This document shows, in pieces, positions 35,037 through 44,651 of a DNA stretch of 64,000 nt. The notes under the pieces are model-generated. The model was not told the origin of the DNA and did not search any database. It worked only from the letters and a program-made list of their open reading frames with translations. Position 1 is the stretch's first letter. The number at the start of each line of letters is the position of its first letter. Origin of the DNA: a virus; IMG/VR virus record IMGVR_UViG_3300033143_002031, positions 120,745 to 184,744 of that record. One strand, written 5' to 3'. Both the position numbers and the translations under genes were made by a program.

Positions 35037-36545
35037 GTGGAAGCTCGACAGATGCTTCAGGAAGAGGGTCGTCGAACGATCGCCGACCAGAGCTACGTCG
35101 GGGCCTTGATCCGGAAGTGGGGAGACTTCCTGGAGGGCCTCGCCGATCGATCCGAGCAGGACAGGTACATCCTCGGATGCACCGCCATGCTCATGGAGAA
35201 CGAGAGCCTCTGGCTCCAGTCTCTCACGGAGGAGACGCGCACGGTGAACGTCGGTTCGTTCACCAAGTTCATCTTCCCCGTTTTGAGGCGAGTTTTCCCG
35301 AACCTCATCGCCAACGAGATCGTCTCGGTCCAGCCGATGACGGCCCCGATCGGTGCTGTCTTCTTCCTCGACTACGTGTACGGTTCGACCAAGGGCGGCA
35401 CGACCGAGGGGAACGTGTTCCCACGTGACTTCGATCGTGACTACTCCAGCGAGTACGTCAACGGCGAGTCGATGGTGACCGGCGATGGCGTCAACTTCGG
35501 TGGTGGTGGTGGTGCGCTCGACCTCACCGGGACCCTCGCGTGGACCCCGGTTCGGCCCCTCGATGCTGCTCGTGAGTTCTCGTGCGCCATCCGGGAGGTT
35601 TCGGCGGCGGACGGGTCGACCGTGCAGGAGGCCGTCGACGATGGGGCGGGCGGCTTCACGTTCACCCCGGCCGGTGGACTCACTTCAGGCTCGATCAACT
35701 ACGCGAACGGCGCGGTGACTGGGTTCCAGTTCCAGAACATCCCCGCCCTCGGGAACCAGGTCAAGGCGTACTACTACTTCGACGGGGAACTCAACACCAA
35801 GGTTCCCGAGATCAAGCTCGACATCAAGAAGGCGCCGGTCGAGGCCAAGCCGCGTCGACTCAAGGCCCTGTGGTCGAGCGAGGCGGCGGAAGACCTCCGT
35901 GCGTTCCACGGTCTCGACGCCGAGACCGAGATCGTGTCGATCATCGCTCAGGAGATCGCGCTGGAGATCGACCGCGAGATCATCAACGACCTCTTCCTGG
36001 CTTCGACGGGGACCACCGGCACGTTCGACCGCATCCCGCCCGGTGGCATCTCGGAGATCGACCACATCCGAGCGCTGATCACGCAGATCAGCACCGTCTC
36101 GAACCTCATCCACAAGAAAACCCTCCGCGCCCCGGCGAACTGGATCATCACGAGCCCCGAAATCTCGGCGCTCCTGACCCAGTTGACCACGCACGGCGAC
36201 TTCAAGCCGATCTGGTCGTCGGACATGAACCCGAACTCGCCGACCGACGTACCTCGGCCGCGCACGGCGCATGGGCAGTTCTCGATCTACAAGACCGGGA
36301 CGCTCATGAACAAGTGGGTCGTCTACGAAGATCCCTTCTTCACGACCAACAAGATGATGGTCGGTCTGAAGGGCGGCAGCTTCCTGGAGTCCGGCTACTG
36401 CTGGGCGCCCTACGTGCCCCTCCAGGTCACGCCGACCTTCCTCGATCCGAGCGACTTCAGCTTCCGCAAGGGCCTCCGGACCCGCTACGCGAAGAAGCTG
36501 CTTCGCCCGGACTTCTACGGCCAGTTGACGATCAACAACCTGTAG
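35037..36545 (+). CDS. major capsid protein (T4 gp23-like)
   Basis: PVLRRVFPNLIANEIVSVQPMTAPIG, RRLKALWSSEAAEDLRAFHGLDAETEI, YCWAPYVPL, GLRTRYA; SD AAGGAGG. Confidence 0.95.
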   Translation: MEARQMLQEEGRRTIADQSYVGALIRKWGDFLEGLADRSEQDRYILGCTAMLMENESLWLQSLTEETRTVNVGSFTKFIFPVLRRVFPNLIANEIVSVQPMTAPIGAVFFLDYVYGSTKGGTTEGNVFPRDFDRDYSSEYVNGESMVTGDGVNFGGGGGALDLTGTLAWTPVRPLDAAREFSCAIREVSAADGSTVQEAVDDGAGGFTFTPAGGLTSGSINYANGAVTGFQFQNIPALGNQVKAYYYFDGELNTKVPEIKLDIKKAPVEAKPRRLKALWSSEAAEDLRAFHGLDAETEIVSIIAQEIALEIDREIINDLFLASTGTTGTFDRIPPGGISEIDHIRALITQISTVSNLIHKKTLRAPANWIITSPEISALLTQLTTHGDFKPIWSSDMNPNSPTDVPRPRTAHGQFSIYKTGTLMNKWVVYEDPFFTTNKMMVGLKGGSFLESGYCWAPYVPLQVTPTFLDPSDFSFRKGLRTRYAKKLLRPDFYGQLTINNL

Positions 36546-36593
36546 GCGTACCGCCTGCGGCGCTGGTCTGAGACTGACCCCGGTTCGTTCATG

Positions 36594-36633
36594 ACGGCCG
36601 CTGGCTCCCAAGGGGCCGGCGGCCGTTTGCTTT
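36594..36633 (+). terminator. intrinsic terminator after the capsid gene
   Basis: ACGGCCGCTGGCTCC-CAA-GGGGCCGGCGGCCGT followed by TTGCTTT. Confidence 0.75.
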
Positions 36634-36640
36634 GAGAGGC

Positions 36641-36666
36641 TGCGACCAATGGTCGCACCTGGTAAG
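36641..36666 (+). promoter_or_regulatory. palindromic operator-like site abutting TGGTAAGGT
   Basis: TGCGACC-AAT-GGTCGCA perfect inverted repeat; sister site GCGACC-ATT-GGTCGC at 2498-2512. Confidence 0.55.
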
Positions 36667-36676
36667 GTAGAGGACG

Positions 36677-36871
36677 ATGGCGAAGACGAGCACGGACGAT
36701 GTGTTGGCCGACTTGAAGCGAGTCGGCGCGGTTGGGGGCGCCCTGAAAGCTCCTATACTCCCTGAGAGTGTGGTCACCGAGGTGGAGGTCGAGCAGGGGC
36801 CTCCAAGCGTGGTCCTTCGGGACCTCCGAGGGACGAAGGCAGCCGAGGCCATAGATGACGCGGTGCGCTAA
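36677..36871 (+). CDS. small hypothetical protein
   Basis: SD GAGGA; follows the terminator. Confidence 0.55.
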   Translation: MAKTSTDDVLADLKRVGAVGGALKAPILPESVVTEVEVEQGPPSVVLRDLRGTKAAEAIDDAVR

Positions 36872-36883
36872 ACAGACGACGCC

Positions 36884-37294
36884 GTGAGGGCGTTCGAGGG
36901 ACTCCGGGAGGCGCTGACGCGACTCCGAGAGGTCTGGGCGCCTGTCGATGACGTCGATGAGGGGCTGGAGACAGTCCTGGAGACGCCTGAGACGCCTCTG
37001 GAGAGCGCAGAAGCGACGGAAGCACCTTCCACACCCCTGAGCCCCCCGAAGCCGTCAGAGGGCACCCAGGAGCCTCCGATTCCTGACGAGGAGGCCCTAG
37101 CCCGCGCCCGAGAGGCCGCGCGAAGGAAGATCCTCGGAGAGGACATCCCCGAAGGAGAGCGCGAGGGAGACGAAGCAGAAGAGAACGTCCCGTTCGTCGG
37201 GATGGAGCGGGCGATGCCACCGGGGCAGGAGCCCGAGGAGATAACGATCGGTACGGTCGGCAAGATCAAGCCGAGTTTTCCAGCGGAGGGATGA
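36884..37294 (+). CDS. acidic hypothetical protein
   Basis: E/P-rich ORF filling the gap. Confidence 0.6.
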   Translation: MRAFEGLREALTRLREVWAPVDDVDEGLETVLETPETPLESAEATEAPSTPLSPPKPSEGTQEPPIPDEEALARAREAARRKILGEDIPEGEREGDEAEENVPFVGMERAMPPGQEPEEITIGTVGKIKPSFPAEG

Positions 37295-37295
37295 T

Positions 37296-37676
37296 ATGGC
37301 ACGTAGGTTCAGGAAGAAGGCAGGACTGGGGGCTTTGTGCCTCCCTGGTGTCGGTGGCATCGGCAACGACTCGATCGTGGAGGGCGACGAATACGCCCGC
37401 TTCTGCCCGGCCGTACTCGAAGAGGTCTTCGACGAGGCCCCTGTCGTGCCCAAGCCAGTCGCGAAGAAGGTAGCGGCGACACCGCCACCGCCTCCTCCTC
37501 CGGCTCCTCCGGCCGATGACGAAGAGCCCGAAGGCGAGGATGAGGAGCCCGAGCCCCCGAACATGGACTGGCTCAAGTCTGAACTCGTCGAGTATGCCAG
37601 GGGGCTCGACCTCGATGTGGACGGGATGACCAAGCGGCAGATCCTCGGTGCAATCGAGGAAGAAGAGGGAGAGTGA
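37296..37676 (+). CDS. hypothetical protein with C-terminal HeH/LEM-like domain
   Basis: WLKSELVEYARGLDLDVDGMTKRQILGAIEE after a Pro/Glu linker. Confidence 0.65.
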   Translation: MARRFRKKAGLGALCLPGVGGIGNDSIVEGDEYARFCPAVLEEVFDEAPVVPKPVAKKVAATPPPPPPPAPPADDEEPEGEDEEPEPPNMDWLKSELVEYARGLDLDVDGMTKRQILGAIEEEEGE

Positions 37677-37677
37677 T

Positions 37678-37842
37678 ATGGACTGCCCAAAGTGTGGGAG
37701 CCCAGAAGCCCTTGTCGAAAGCAAGCCGAACGGGGACAGGCGCGTGAAGTGTGAGAAGTGCGGCCTGGACGAGGTTAGGGACAGCCAGGGACGAAAACTG
37801 CTCCTCGATACTGTGGGTGGTGGCGACGTCCTGCTATCCTGA
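37678..37842 (+). CDS. small Zn-ribbon protein
   Basis: CPKCG...CEKCG. Confidence 0.6.
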   Translation: MDCPKCGSPEALVESKPNGDRRVKCEKCGLDEVRDSQGRKLLLDTVGGGDVLLS

Positions 37843-37852
37843 TCAGTGAGAG

Positions 37853-38599
37853 GTGACGCCGATGGCCCGTCCGCCTGGAAACAAACTGATGAACCGGGAG
37901 GAGTTGGGGGAGTGGATTCTCCGCCGCCTCGGCGCCCCTTTCTGGGACATCGAACTCTGCAAAGACCACGTCAAGGATGCGGTGGAGAACTCCGTTCGGT
38001 GGTTCGCTGGGAAGAAGGGCGTCATGAAGCTCTTCCCGATCCAGGCGCAGTCTGGCGTTGTAGAGTACCAACTCGACTCGGAGATCGACCGCGTGATCGA
38101 CGTGGCCTACGAGACGAACAAGTTGGACCTCTCCCTCATCTTTTCGCCCTTCACACTGCTCGAAGAGAAGATCCCGTATGACGTGTTCGCCTCGGGGGGT
38201 TCGGGCGGTCTCTATTCCAGCTACGTCCAGGCTCTCCAGTACATCGAGACGGCGAAGCGGATTTTGAGCGCCGAGTTCGAGTGGACTGAGATCAATGACA
38301 AGCTCTTCATCGCCCCTCCGCCAGCGAACTCTCGCCGCATCATTATCCTGGCCAAGATCAACTTCACGCAGATCGAAGACCTGGAGGAGCGCGACCACGA
38401 ACTGATCAAGCGGTACGCCCTGGCAAAGGCCCGGGAAGACCTCGCGTGGGTGCGAGGGAAGTACGGCGACTACCCGAGCGCGCAGGGGTCCACGACCTTG
38501 AACTGGGACCGGCTGCTCGACGCAGCAACTACTGAGATCGAGAAGCTCGAAGAGGAGATCATGGGCGCTGGCTATCCAATGGGATTTTGCTCCGGGTAG
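37853..38599 (+). CDS. neck/head-tail adaptor (T4 gp13-like)
   Basis: RRLGAPFWDIEL...DAV..., LIKRYALAKAREDLAWVRGKY...TLNWDRLLDAATTEIEKLEEE. Confidence 0.8.
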   Translation: MTPMARPPGNKLMNREELGEWILRRLGAPFWDIELCKDHVKDAVENSVRWFAGKKGVMKLFPIQAQSGVVEYQLDSEIDRVIDVAYETNKLDLSLIFSPFTLLEEKIPYDVFASGGSGGLYSSYVQALQYIETAKRILSAEFEWTEINDKLFIAPPPANSRRIIILAKINFTQIEDLEERDHELIKRYALAKAREDLAWVRGKYGDYPSAQGSTTLNWDRLLDAATTEIEKLEEEIMGAGYPMGFCSG

Positions 38600-38614
38600 C
38601 CAGGGAGGTGTGGA

Positions 38615-39199
38615 GTGCCTATCACGAAGAAGTGCGATGGCATCGTCAGTTGCGAGTTTGCTCGACTGGAGAAGAGTGGCCCGCAGACGTGCGGACCGTT
38701 CGAGTTGGATGGCCGCGATGCAGCCATGTATGACCACTTCGCGCAGGAGCACGTGGATGCAGTCGGCACAGACATGCTGCTCTGGCACCAGAACCTCGAA
38801 GAGACCCTCCGCGACCCGCTCTACGACGAGCCCATCGACCGTGAGTGGCTCGGGCCGTTCAAATTCAAGGCGTTCGTGGAGTACATCGCCGGGACGCCTC
38901 AGATGACCGAGAACGGGATGACGGTCCGCTGGCAGGGGAGCCTCTGGGTCGCTCGGAAGACCTTGGAGGACGCTGGAGTGCCGGCTCCTCTCGAAGGGGA
39001 CGTGATCAAGTACTGGGACAACAAATTCTTCGCGGAGCACGGCGTCAACGCGGAGCACGGCGTCCACGGAGGCTACTACTACGACGTGATCAACGTGGAC
39101 GATGAGGGGCACGTACAGGACTCAGGCCATTTCGTAGGTCTCACGATCAATATCCTCCGCCGCACGGAGTTTACGCCTGAGCGACGCCTCAACGGCTAA
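38615..39199 (+). CDS. neck/head closure protein (gp14-like)
   Basis: EHVDAVGTDM...DPLYDEP...EGDVI; follows the gp13-like gene. Confidence 0.6.
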   Translation: MPITKKCDGIVSCEFARLEKSGPQTCGPFELDGRDAAMYDHFAQEHVDAVGTDMLLWHQNLEETLRDPLYDEPIDREWLGPFKFKAFVEYIAGTPQMTENGMTVRWQGSLWVARKTLEDAGVPAPLEGDVIKYWDNKFFAEHGVNAEHGVHGGYYYDVINVDDEGHVQDSGHFVGLTINILRRTEFTPERRLNG

Positions 39200-39216
39200 C
39201 GGACAAGGGTGAGGAC

Positions 39217-39675
39217 ATGGACTTGGTGAAGATCGGGCTCGCTGTGAAGAGCGGCGTGTCCATCGTGTGTGCGACCTGCTCTCGGTACTGGGAAGGTCGA
39301 GAGCAGGGGCTTCCGGAACCGAAGTGTACCGTGGTGAGGCCCTGCGGCTCCCCATTCGCCTCGCTCACGTTTCCGGAGTACGCCGGACCCATTACGGACT
39401 TCACGCGGTTCTGCTTCGTGTGCGGGGCTCTAGCGACCAAGGGGGTGAAGGTCCGCGAGGAGCCACGGGTCATCGGCATGTGCGATGCCCACGTGCAGAT
39501 GCTCGGGAAGATCGAGCCTATCGGTCTGAAGCTCAACGGGGAGGCCGTAGCTGACATCATAGACCACCACATGGGTCGCGTATCCCAACAGCAGTTCTTC
39601 GGGAAGCCGAAGAAAACTCTCGTTCAGACCATGGTCGAGACGGAAGCCGAGTGGGCTGACGAGGAGAAGCGTTGA
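39217..39675 (+). CDS. Cys-rich hypothetical protein
   Basis: CATC, CFVCG, CDAH and further Cys; SD GAGGA. Confidence 0.65.
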   Translation: MDLVKIGLAVKSGVSIVCATCSRYWEGREQGLPEPKCTVVRPCGSPFASLTFPEYAGPITDFTRFCFVCGALATKGVKVREEPRVIGMCDAHVQMLGKIEPIGLKLNGEAVADIIDHHMGRVSQQQFFGKPKKTLVQTMVETEAEWADEEKR

Positions 39676-40496
39676 AGATCGAGTTCGACACCAATTTCAG
39701 CGAAGTTCGTGCGCTGGTCGCGGAGTGGCAGAGACGCGCCATCGCGGTCAGAAGGCAGTTCCTATTCCTAGCCGTGGCGGGGGTCTACGACGACGTTATC
39801 GGCCTTCTACCTTCGGACAGGAAGCAGCTTCGGCGCTCTCTGAAGATGCAGCAGATACGAGGGCTCCCTGATTCAGTGGACGGCTACGTCATCCGGTCCA
39901 TTCCGATGGGCCGCGCAGTGTCTAAGTCCGAGAGCGACACGACGGTTGTTTACGTGGCGGCGAAGACTGGCCTCATGAGGTCCATCCCAAAGGAGACAGT
40001 GCTCCTCGAACAGTACAGCCCGTGGACGACGGAAACTCTTCCTTACGCCCCTGACCCCAAGACAGCCGACGTCATCACCAGACGTGTGAGCCCGAGGGAG
40101 GTGGTGCGGGTCCGTTTGCTACGGAAGCGGGACAAGGTGAAGTGGAAGCGCCAGATGATCGAGGAGGGTATCAAGGCGGCTGGTATCGGGCTGGAACCGC
40201 AGGCTCGTGAGACCTTGGCAATCCCAGACACGGCGTTTGAGTCTCTGAGGCTGGAGTTCGGTCTTGGGGGAGCCCCAGCAAAGCCTCACTGGCGCAAGGC
40301 GATCACCAAGTTGGCTCTGCGGGGTGGAACTGGTATGATCGCCAGAAAACGAGAGTTTACAAGGGCGATGACCGACCTATCCTTCAAGTCTTGGGAGCGA
40401 TGGCCGCGACGTACCGCTGGCTTCGCGACGGTGGCGGAAGCCAAGCGCTACGTGCCGTTCCAGAAGAGGCTTGGCCTACGATTGGCGCGACCATGA
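39672..40496 (+). CDS. basic hypothetical protein, possibly tail completion
   Basis: TTGA-coupled start; position in the neck-tail region. Confidence 0.55.
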   Translation: MKIEFDTNFSEVRALVAEWQRRAIAVRRQFLFLAVAGVYDDVIGLLPSDRKQLRRSLKMQQIRGLPDSVDGYVIRSIPMGRAVSKSESDTTVVYVAAKTGLMRSIPKETVLLEQYSPWTTETLPYAPDPKTADVITRRVSPREVVRVRLLRKRDKVKWKRQMIEEGIKAAGIGLEPQARETLAIPDTAFESLRLEFGLGGAPAKPHWRKAITKLALRGGTGMIARKREFTRAMTDLSFKSWERWPRRTAGFATVAEAKRYVPFQKRLGLRLARP

Positions 40497-40783
40497 GGCC
40501 GGCTGCTCGTAGGCGAGCGCGCGAGGGGCGCAGGCGCGAGGGGTTGGTCCAGGCGGCGTTTGAGGGCTACCTGGACATCACGGTAGCTCGCCTCGGAGAG
40601 GTGGGGGTTGAGGGTCCGGTGGCGATGGACGCCGTATTCAACACTGTGGAGTACCTCGGAGGGGAAGGCATTCTTCCCGCGTTCCCTGAAGGGGAAGTCA
40701 GCTACCAGGCGATGGGGAGGTGGCTCATCGCGGCCGTAGACTTCGGGTTCACGGACTTCATGGTAGAGGCAGCGCAAGAATGA
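40493..40783 (+). CDS. hypothetical protein
   Basis: ATGA coupling at both ends. Confidence 0.6.
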   Translation: MRPAARRRAREGRRREGLVQAAFEGYLDITVARLGEVGVEGPVAMDAVFNTVEYLGGEGILPAFPEGEVSYQAMGRWLIAAVDFGFTDFMVEAAQE

Positions 40784-41604
40784 CGCACGACCCACAGATC
40801 GCGGTAGGGGACGTTGAATCGCGTGAGGCTGGTACGGCTCCGTCCGGAATCGTCGGGCTTCGGAACTTCGATGCAGGGGTCGTGGAAACTCTGGGTGCCG
40901 AGGTCCACGAGGTGAGCACCGGCAAGGGGCCGCACTCGAACTACTACATCCTCCCGAGCGCGACCTTCCCTGTCGAGCCTGCACCGGGCCTCCCTGGCAT
41001 CCCGGTCACGTTCTCGCACCCCGAGGACATCTACGCCAGGTACCGTCAGCCCGTGATCGTCGTTCGCCGGGACGACATCTCACCGGCCATGAACCGCTGG
41101 CACCCGGGACAGAAGTCGTGGAAAGCTCCGGCCCAGACAGCGAGGCCGGTCTCGGTCACATTCGATCCAGGTACGTTCGGAGAGACCACAGTCCACGGGT
41201 TCGATCGCTACGAGACCAAGGACACCGGGGTACCCTTCGACATCACCTACTCGATCCAGATCTTCGCGAGGCATCGCGGCAAGGGACCGCTCCCGAAGAA
41301 GGGTGTCCCTACAGGATTCACTGGGGCGGCAGGCTCGCCTCGTAACCAGGTGAACGCGGTTCTGGACTACGTTCTGCGACGGTACGCGCCCTACTGCCAG
41401 GTCATCCTGGAGGACAGTCTCGGGGACAAGCGCAAATACTCGGCCTTCATGGAAGCAGTTTCTCATTTAGATGAGGTTCCCGAAGTCACCGAGCGTGTGC
41501 TAGGATTCGCCGTGACACTACGGGTGGAAGCAGAACTCGATCTGTCTGATCCTGTGGTACAGCGCGCGGCTACGGCATTGACGCTTAGGACTGAAGTGCT
41601 GTAA
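40780..41604 (+). CDS. tail terminator/sheath stabiliser (gp15-like)
   Basis: VPFDITYSIQIFAR...FAVTLRVEAEL; position before the sheath. Confidence 0.6.
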   Translation: MTHDPQIAVGDVESREAGTAPSGIVGLRNFDAGVVETLGAEVHEVSTGKGPHSNYYILPSATFPVEPAPGLPGIPVTFSHPEDIYARYRQPVIVVRRDDISPAMNRWHPGQKSWKAPAQTARPVSVTFDPGTFGETTVHGFDRYETKDTGVPFDITYSIQIFARHRGKGPLPKKGVPTGFTGAAGSPRNQVNAVLDYVLRRYAPYCQVILEDSLGDKRKYSAFMEAVSHLDEVPEVTERVLGFAVTLRVEAELDLSDPVVQRAATALTLRTEVL

Positions 41605-41617
41605 AGGATGGTGGAAT

Positions 41618-41977
41618 ATGGCTAGCTATTTCAATAAAACTCGTGGCCTGGTCACCGTCTCTCTCAAAGACGGGGCGTCGTCGGTCGTCGGACCGAAGCA
41701 GACGATGATCGTCTCGCCGGAACAGGACGGGTCGGCTAGCCTCCACGCGATGGTGCGCCGGGGACTGCTCATTCGGCTCAAGGAAAAGCCCCCGAAGGTC
41801 GTTCTCGCGCCCGAGCCGGCACCCGCCCCGAAGCCTTTGGTCTCCGAGGAGCCGGAAGTACCTTCCCTGAAGTGGAGCAAACCCCAACTGATGGATCACT
41901 CCGAAGCCATGGGCTTGGAAGTTCCGTCTAGCTGGACTAAGGTGGAGATCCTGGAGGCGATCGAGGAGGCGGGTTGA
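41618..41977 (+). CDS. hypothetical protein with C-terminal HeH/LEM-like domain
   Basis: KWSKPQLMDHSEAMGLEVPSSWTKVEILEAIEE, similar to the end of 37296-37676. Confidence 0.65.
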   Translation: MASYFNKTRGLVTVSLKDGASSVVGPKQTMIVSPEQDGSASLHAMVRRGLLIRLKEKPPKVVLAPEPAPAPKPLVSEEPEVPSLKWSKPQLMDHSEAMGLEVPSSWTKVEILEAIEEAG

Positions 41978-42039
41978 TGACGATCACGATCAAGAAAACT
42001 TCGAGGCGCAACGGTCGCCAACAGAGGAGGAACTAGGCC

Positions 42040-44631
42040 ATGGCTGAAATTCTGTCGCCAGGCGTGTTCATCGAGGAGGTTCCGAGCGCCGTTCAGGTCG
42101 TGCAGCCGGTCTCCACGTCGAACATGGGTATCGTCGGTGCGACTCAGAGAGGCCCCACGGATGAGGCGACTCTGGTCACGTCGTTCGCGCAGTTCACACG
42201 TGTCTTTGGCGAGTTGATCGCCTATTCGAGGACCGGCCTCTCCATGGCCGCGTACTTCTCGAACGGTGGTCGGAGGGCCTACGTCGTTCGGGTCATGCCC
42301 GGCGATGCTGTCGAAGCCGGAACGGATCAGTCCGCTCCCTCGGCCTACGACAAGGGCCAGGTCACGAGTGCTCGGAGAGATTTCCAGTGCAACATCGGCG
42401 ATGGCGTTACGGCGGCGGTCACCGAACTGGTGCTCACCCCGACCGCGCTCATCACCGACCTCGTGGCGGAGCCCGGCGTGGCCGGGATCACCTTCCGGTG
42501 GCGCTCGGATGACGTCCCCGTCGTGGCAGAGCCCCTGTTCGATCGAGACGGCATCACTCCTCTCATACAGGATACGATCGGCCACCCGGACGATGCGGTC
42601 CCGTCGTCGCACTACGAGGGCCTTGTCGTCACGTCCATGCCGACTGACGGGGTGGACTCCGCACTGCCGAGCATTTCACCGCAGGGCACGATCACGCTCA
42701 ACTGGTTGAATCAGGTCAGTGGGGCGGTGACCCTGACCCTGTTGCAGGTAGGTACGACGATGCGTGCGACGGGTGCGACGGGGGCTGGATCGACTGCATA
42801 CCTGGACCTCGTGACAGGCTTCCTCACCATGACGTTCGTCGGGGCGGACCGGCCCATCGTGGGTGACGACGGGAACCCGATCACCCTCGACTTCACGCCC
42901 GAGACGGTCGTGCGGTCAATCTCCGATGACGGCAGCGGGACCATCCTGGACACCGGGGCGATCCTCACGGCGGCCGGTTCGGTCGATTACGTCGGCGTGA
43001 CGGCGGGGGCCTATGCCTTCACCGCAGACGCCGGCTACGAGCCCGGGGATGGTTGCCCGATCCTCTGCAACTACGATGTCCAGGCGTGGGATGTTAGCCC
43101 GGTGTCGGTCGGGACGTGGGCCAACGACATGCTCGTGGAGTGCATCGGCAACGATGACTACTACGACGTCCTGACGGACACGTACACCCGCTACAACGTC
43201 AACATCCGTCTCCTCAACTCCTCGACTGGCCTCTACGACATCGTGGAGACCTACGAGGAGATTACCTTCACCGATGCCACGTCGGCGCAGTACTTCCCCG
43301 ACGTGCTCAACGACCTGTCCGACCTCATCGACGTCGTGGAGCCCGCGCTCAACGGCGAGGGGCCGACGCAACTCGACGGTGAAGCGCGGAGTCAGGTCGT
43401 CGCAGGCGGCGACAACCTCATCAGCAACAGGTACATCGGCACCGTGCTCCTGGACGTCCCGGTCGTGCCCCGCTCCTTCCAGTTGGACTGGACGGACGAC
43501 ACGAGTACGGCCCGGAGAATCACAGATGACGGTGCAGGAAACCTCATCGGCGATGTGGACGGTGCGGGCAACAACACCATCACCTACGCCACGGGTGTGA
43601 TCGATGTTCTGCTCTCGAATCCGATCGCACAGTACCAACTTGTGTCGGCGGTGTTCCGGACGACCTCCGAAGAGGACAGCCACCTTGACGGGTTCGCTGG
43701 CGGAACGGACGGCACGTTCGATGCCACGAACTACGGCCGGAGCCAGTTCACGTCGATCATCCTGGAACCAAACTTCCAGGGTCTCTACGCTCTGAACAAG
43801 ATCGAGGAACTGATGCAGGTCTGCATCCCGGACTTCGCCGGGGACGTGCAGATCACGAAAGACCTGATCGACTACGTGGACAGCCGCGAGGTGCTGCCTT
43901 CGGGCGGCGACCGCTTCGCTCTCCTCATGGTCCCGCAGGGCTCCTCGGCGCAAGAGGCGGTGGACTTCCTGCGGATCGACGTCGGGCAGTACTCGAAGTT
44001 CGCGGCCATGTACTGGCCGTGGGTCAAGGTCGCCGATCCGCTCGCGGACAACCGCCCGGTCGTCTTCCCGCCCCTCGGTCACCTCGCGGGCATCTACGCG
44101 AGGACGGATTCGACTCGCAACGTGGGCAAGGTCCCGGCTGGCACCGTGGACGGCGCTCTGAGTTTCCTCGTCGGGCTGGAGATCGACTCGATCAGCCAGG
44201 GCGAGCGCGATGTCGTGTACCCGGCGCGGATCAACCCGCTGGTGTCCGGCCCGCAGACCGGCCTCGCCGTGTGGGGTGCCAGGACGATCTCTCTCCAGTC
44301 GGAGTGGAGGTACATCAACGCCCGGCGGCTCTTCATGTTCGTGGAGAAGTCGGTCTACAACGCCACGCACTGGATCGTCTTCGAGAACAACGGTCCGGGA
44401 CTGTGGGCGAGGGTCAAGGCCCAGATTCAGGGCTTCCTCACCAATCTCTTCAACGATGGGCTCTTCGCGGGTACCACGCCTTCGCAGGCATTCTTCGTCA
44501 CCGTGGACGAGTCGAACAACGACGCCGCCTCGATCGACGCGGGTCAGGTGATCATCGACGTAGGGATCGCGCCGAACAAGCCCGCCGAGTTCGTCCGGTT
44601 CCGCTTCCAGCAGAAGACGCTGGATAGCTAG
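42040..44631 (+). CDS. tail sheath protein
   Basis: LSPGVFIEEV, GPTDEATLVTSFAQFTRVFG, AAMYWPWVKV, PPLGHLAGIYARTD, WRYINARRL, IGIAP-like VGIAPNKPAEFVRFRF. Confidence 0.96.
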   Translation: MAEILSPGVFIEEVPSAVQVVQPVSTSNMGIVGATQRGPTDEATLVTSFAQFTRVFGELIAYSRTGLSMAAYFSNGGRRAYVVRVMPGDAVEAGTDQSAPSAYDKGQVTSARRDFQCNIGDGVTAAVTELVLTPTALITDLVAEPGVAGITFRWRSDDVPVVAEPLFDRDGITPLIQDTIGHPDDAVPSSHYEGLVVTSMPTDGVDSALPSISPQGTITLNWLNQVSGAVTLTLLQVGTTMRATGATGAGSTAYLDLVTGFLTMTFVGADRPIVGDDGNPITLDFTPETVVRSISDDGSGTILDTGAILTAAGSVDYVGVTAGAYAFTADAGYEPGDGCPILCNYDVQAWDVSPVSVGTWANDMLVECIGNDDYYDVLTDTYTRYNVNIRLLNSSTGLYDIVETYEEITFTDATSAQYFPDVLNDLSDLIDVVEPALNGEGPTQLDGEARSQVVAGGDNLISNRYIGTVLLDVPVVPRSFQLDWTDDTSTARRITDDGAGNLIGDVDGAGNNTITYATGVIDVLLSNPIAQYQLVSAVFRTTSEEDSHLDGFAGGTDGTFDATNYGRSQFTSIILEPNFQGLYALNKIEELMQVCIPDFAGDVQITKDLIDYVDSREVLPSGGDRFALLMVPQGSSAQEAVDFLRIDVGQYSKFAAMYWPWVKVADPLADNRPVVFPPLGHLAGIYARTDSTRNVGKVPAGTVDGALSFLVGLEIDSISQGERDVVYPARINPLVSGPQTGLAVWGARTISLQSEWRYINARRLFMFVEKSVYNATHWIVFENNGPGLWARVKAQIQGFLTNLFNDGLFAGTTPSQAFFVTVDESNNDAASIDAGQVIIDVGIAPNKPAEFVRFRFQQKTLDS

Positions 44632-44651
44632 GAGTACGAGGGAGGAATCCG

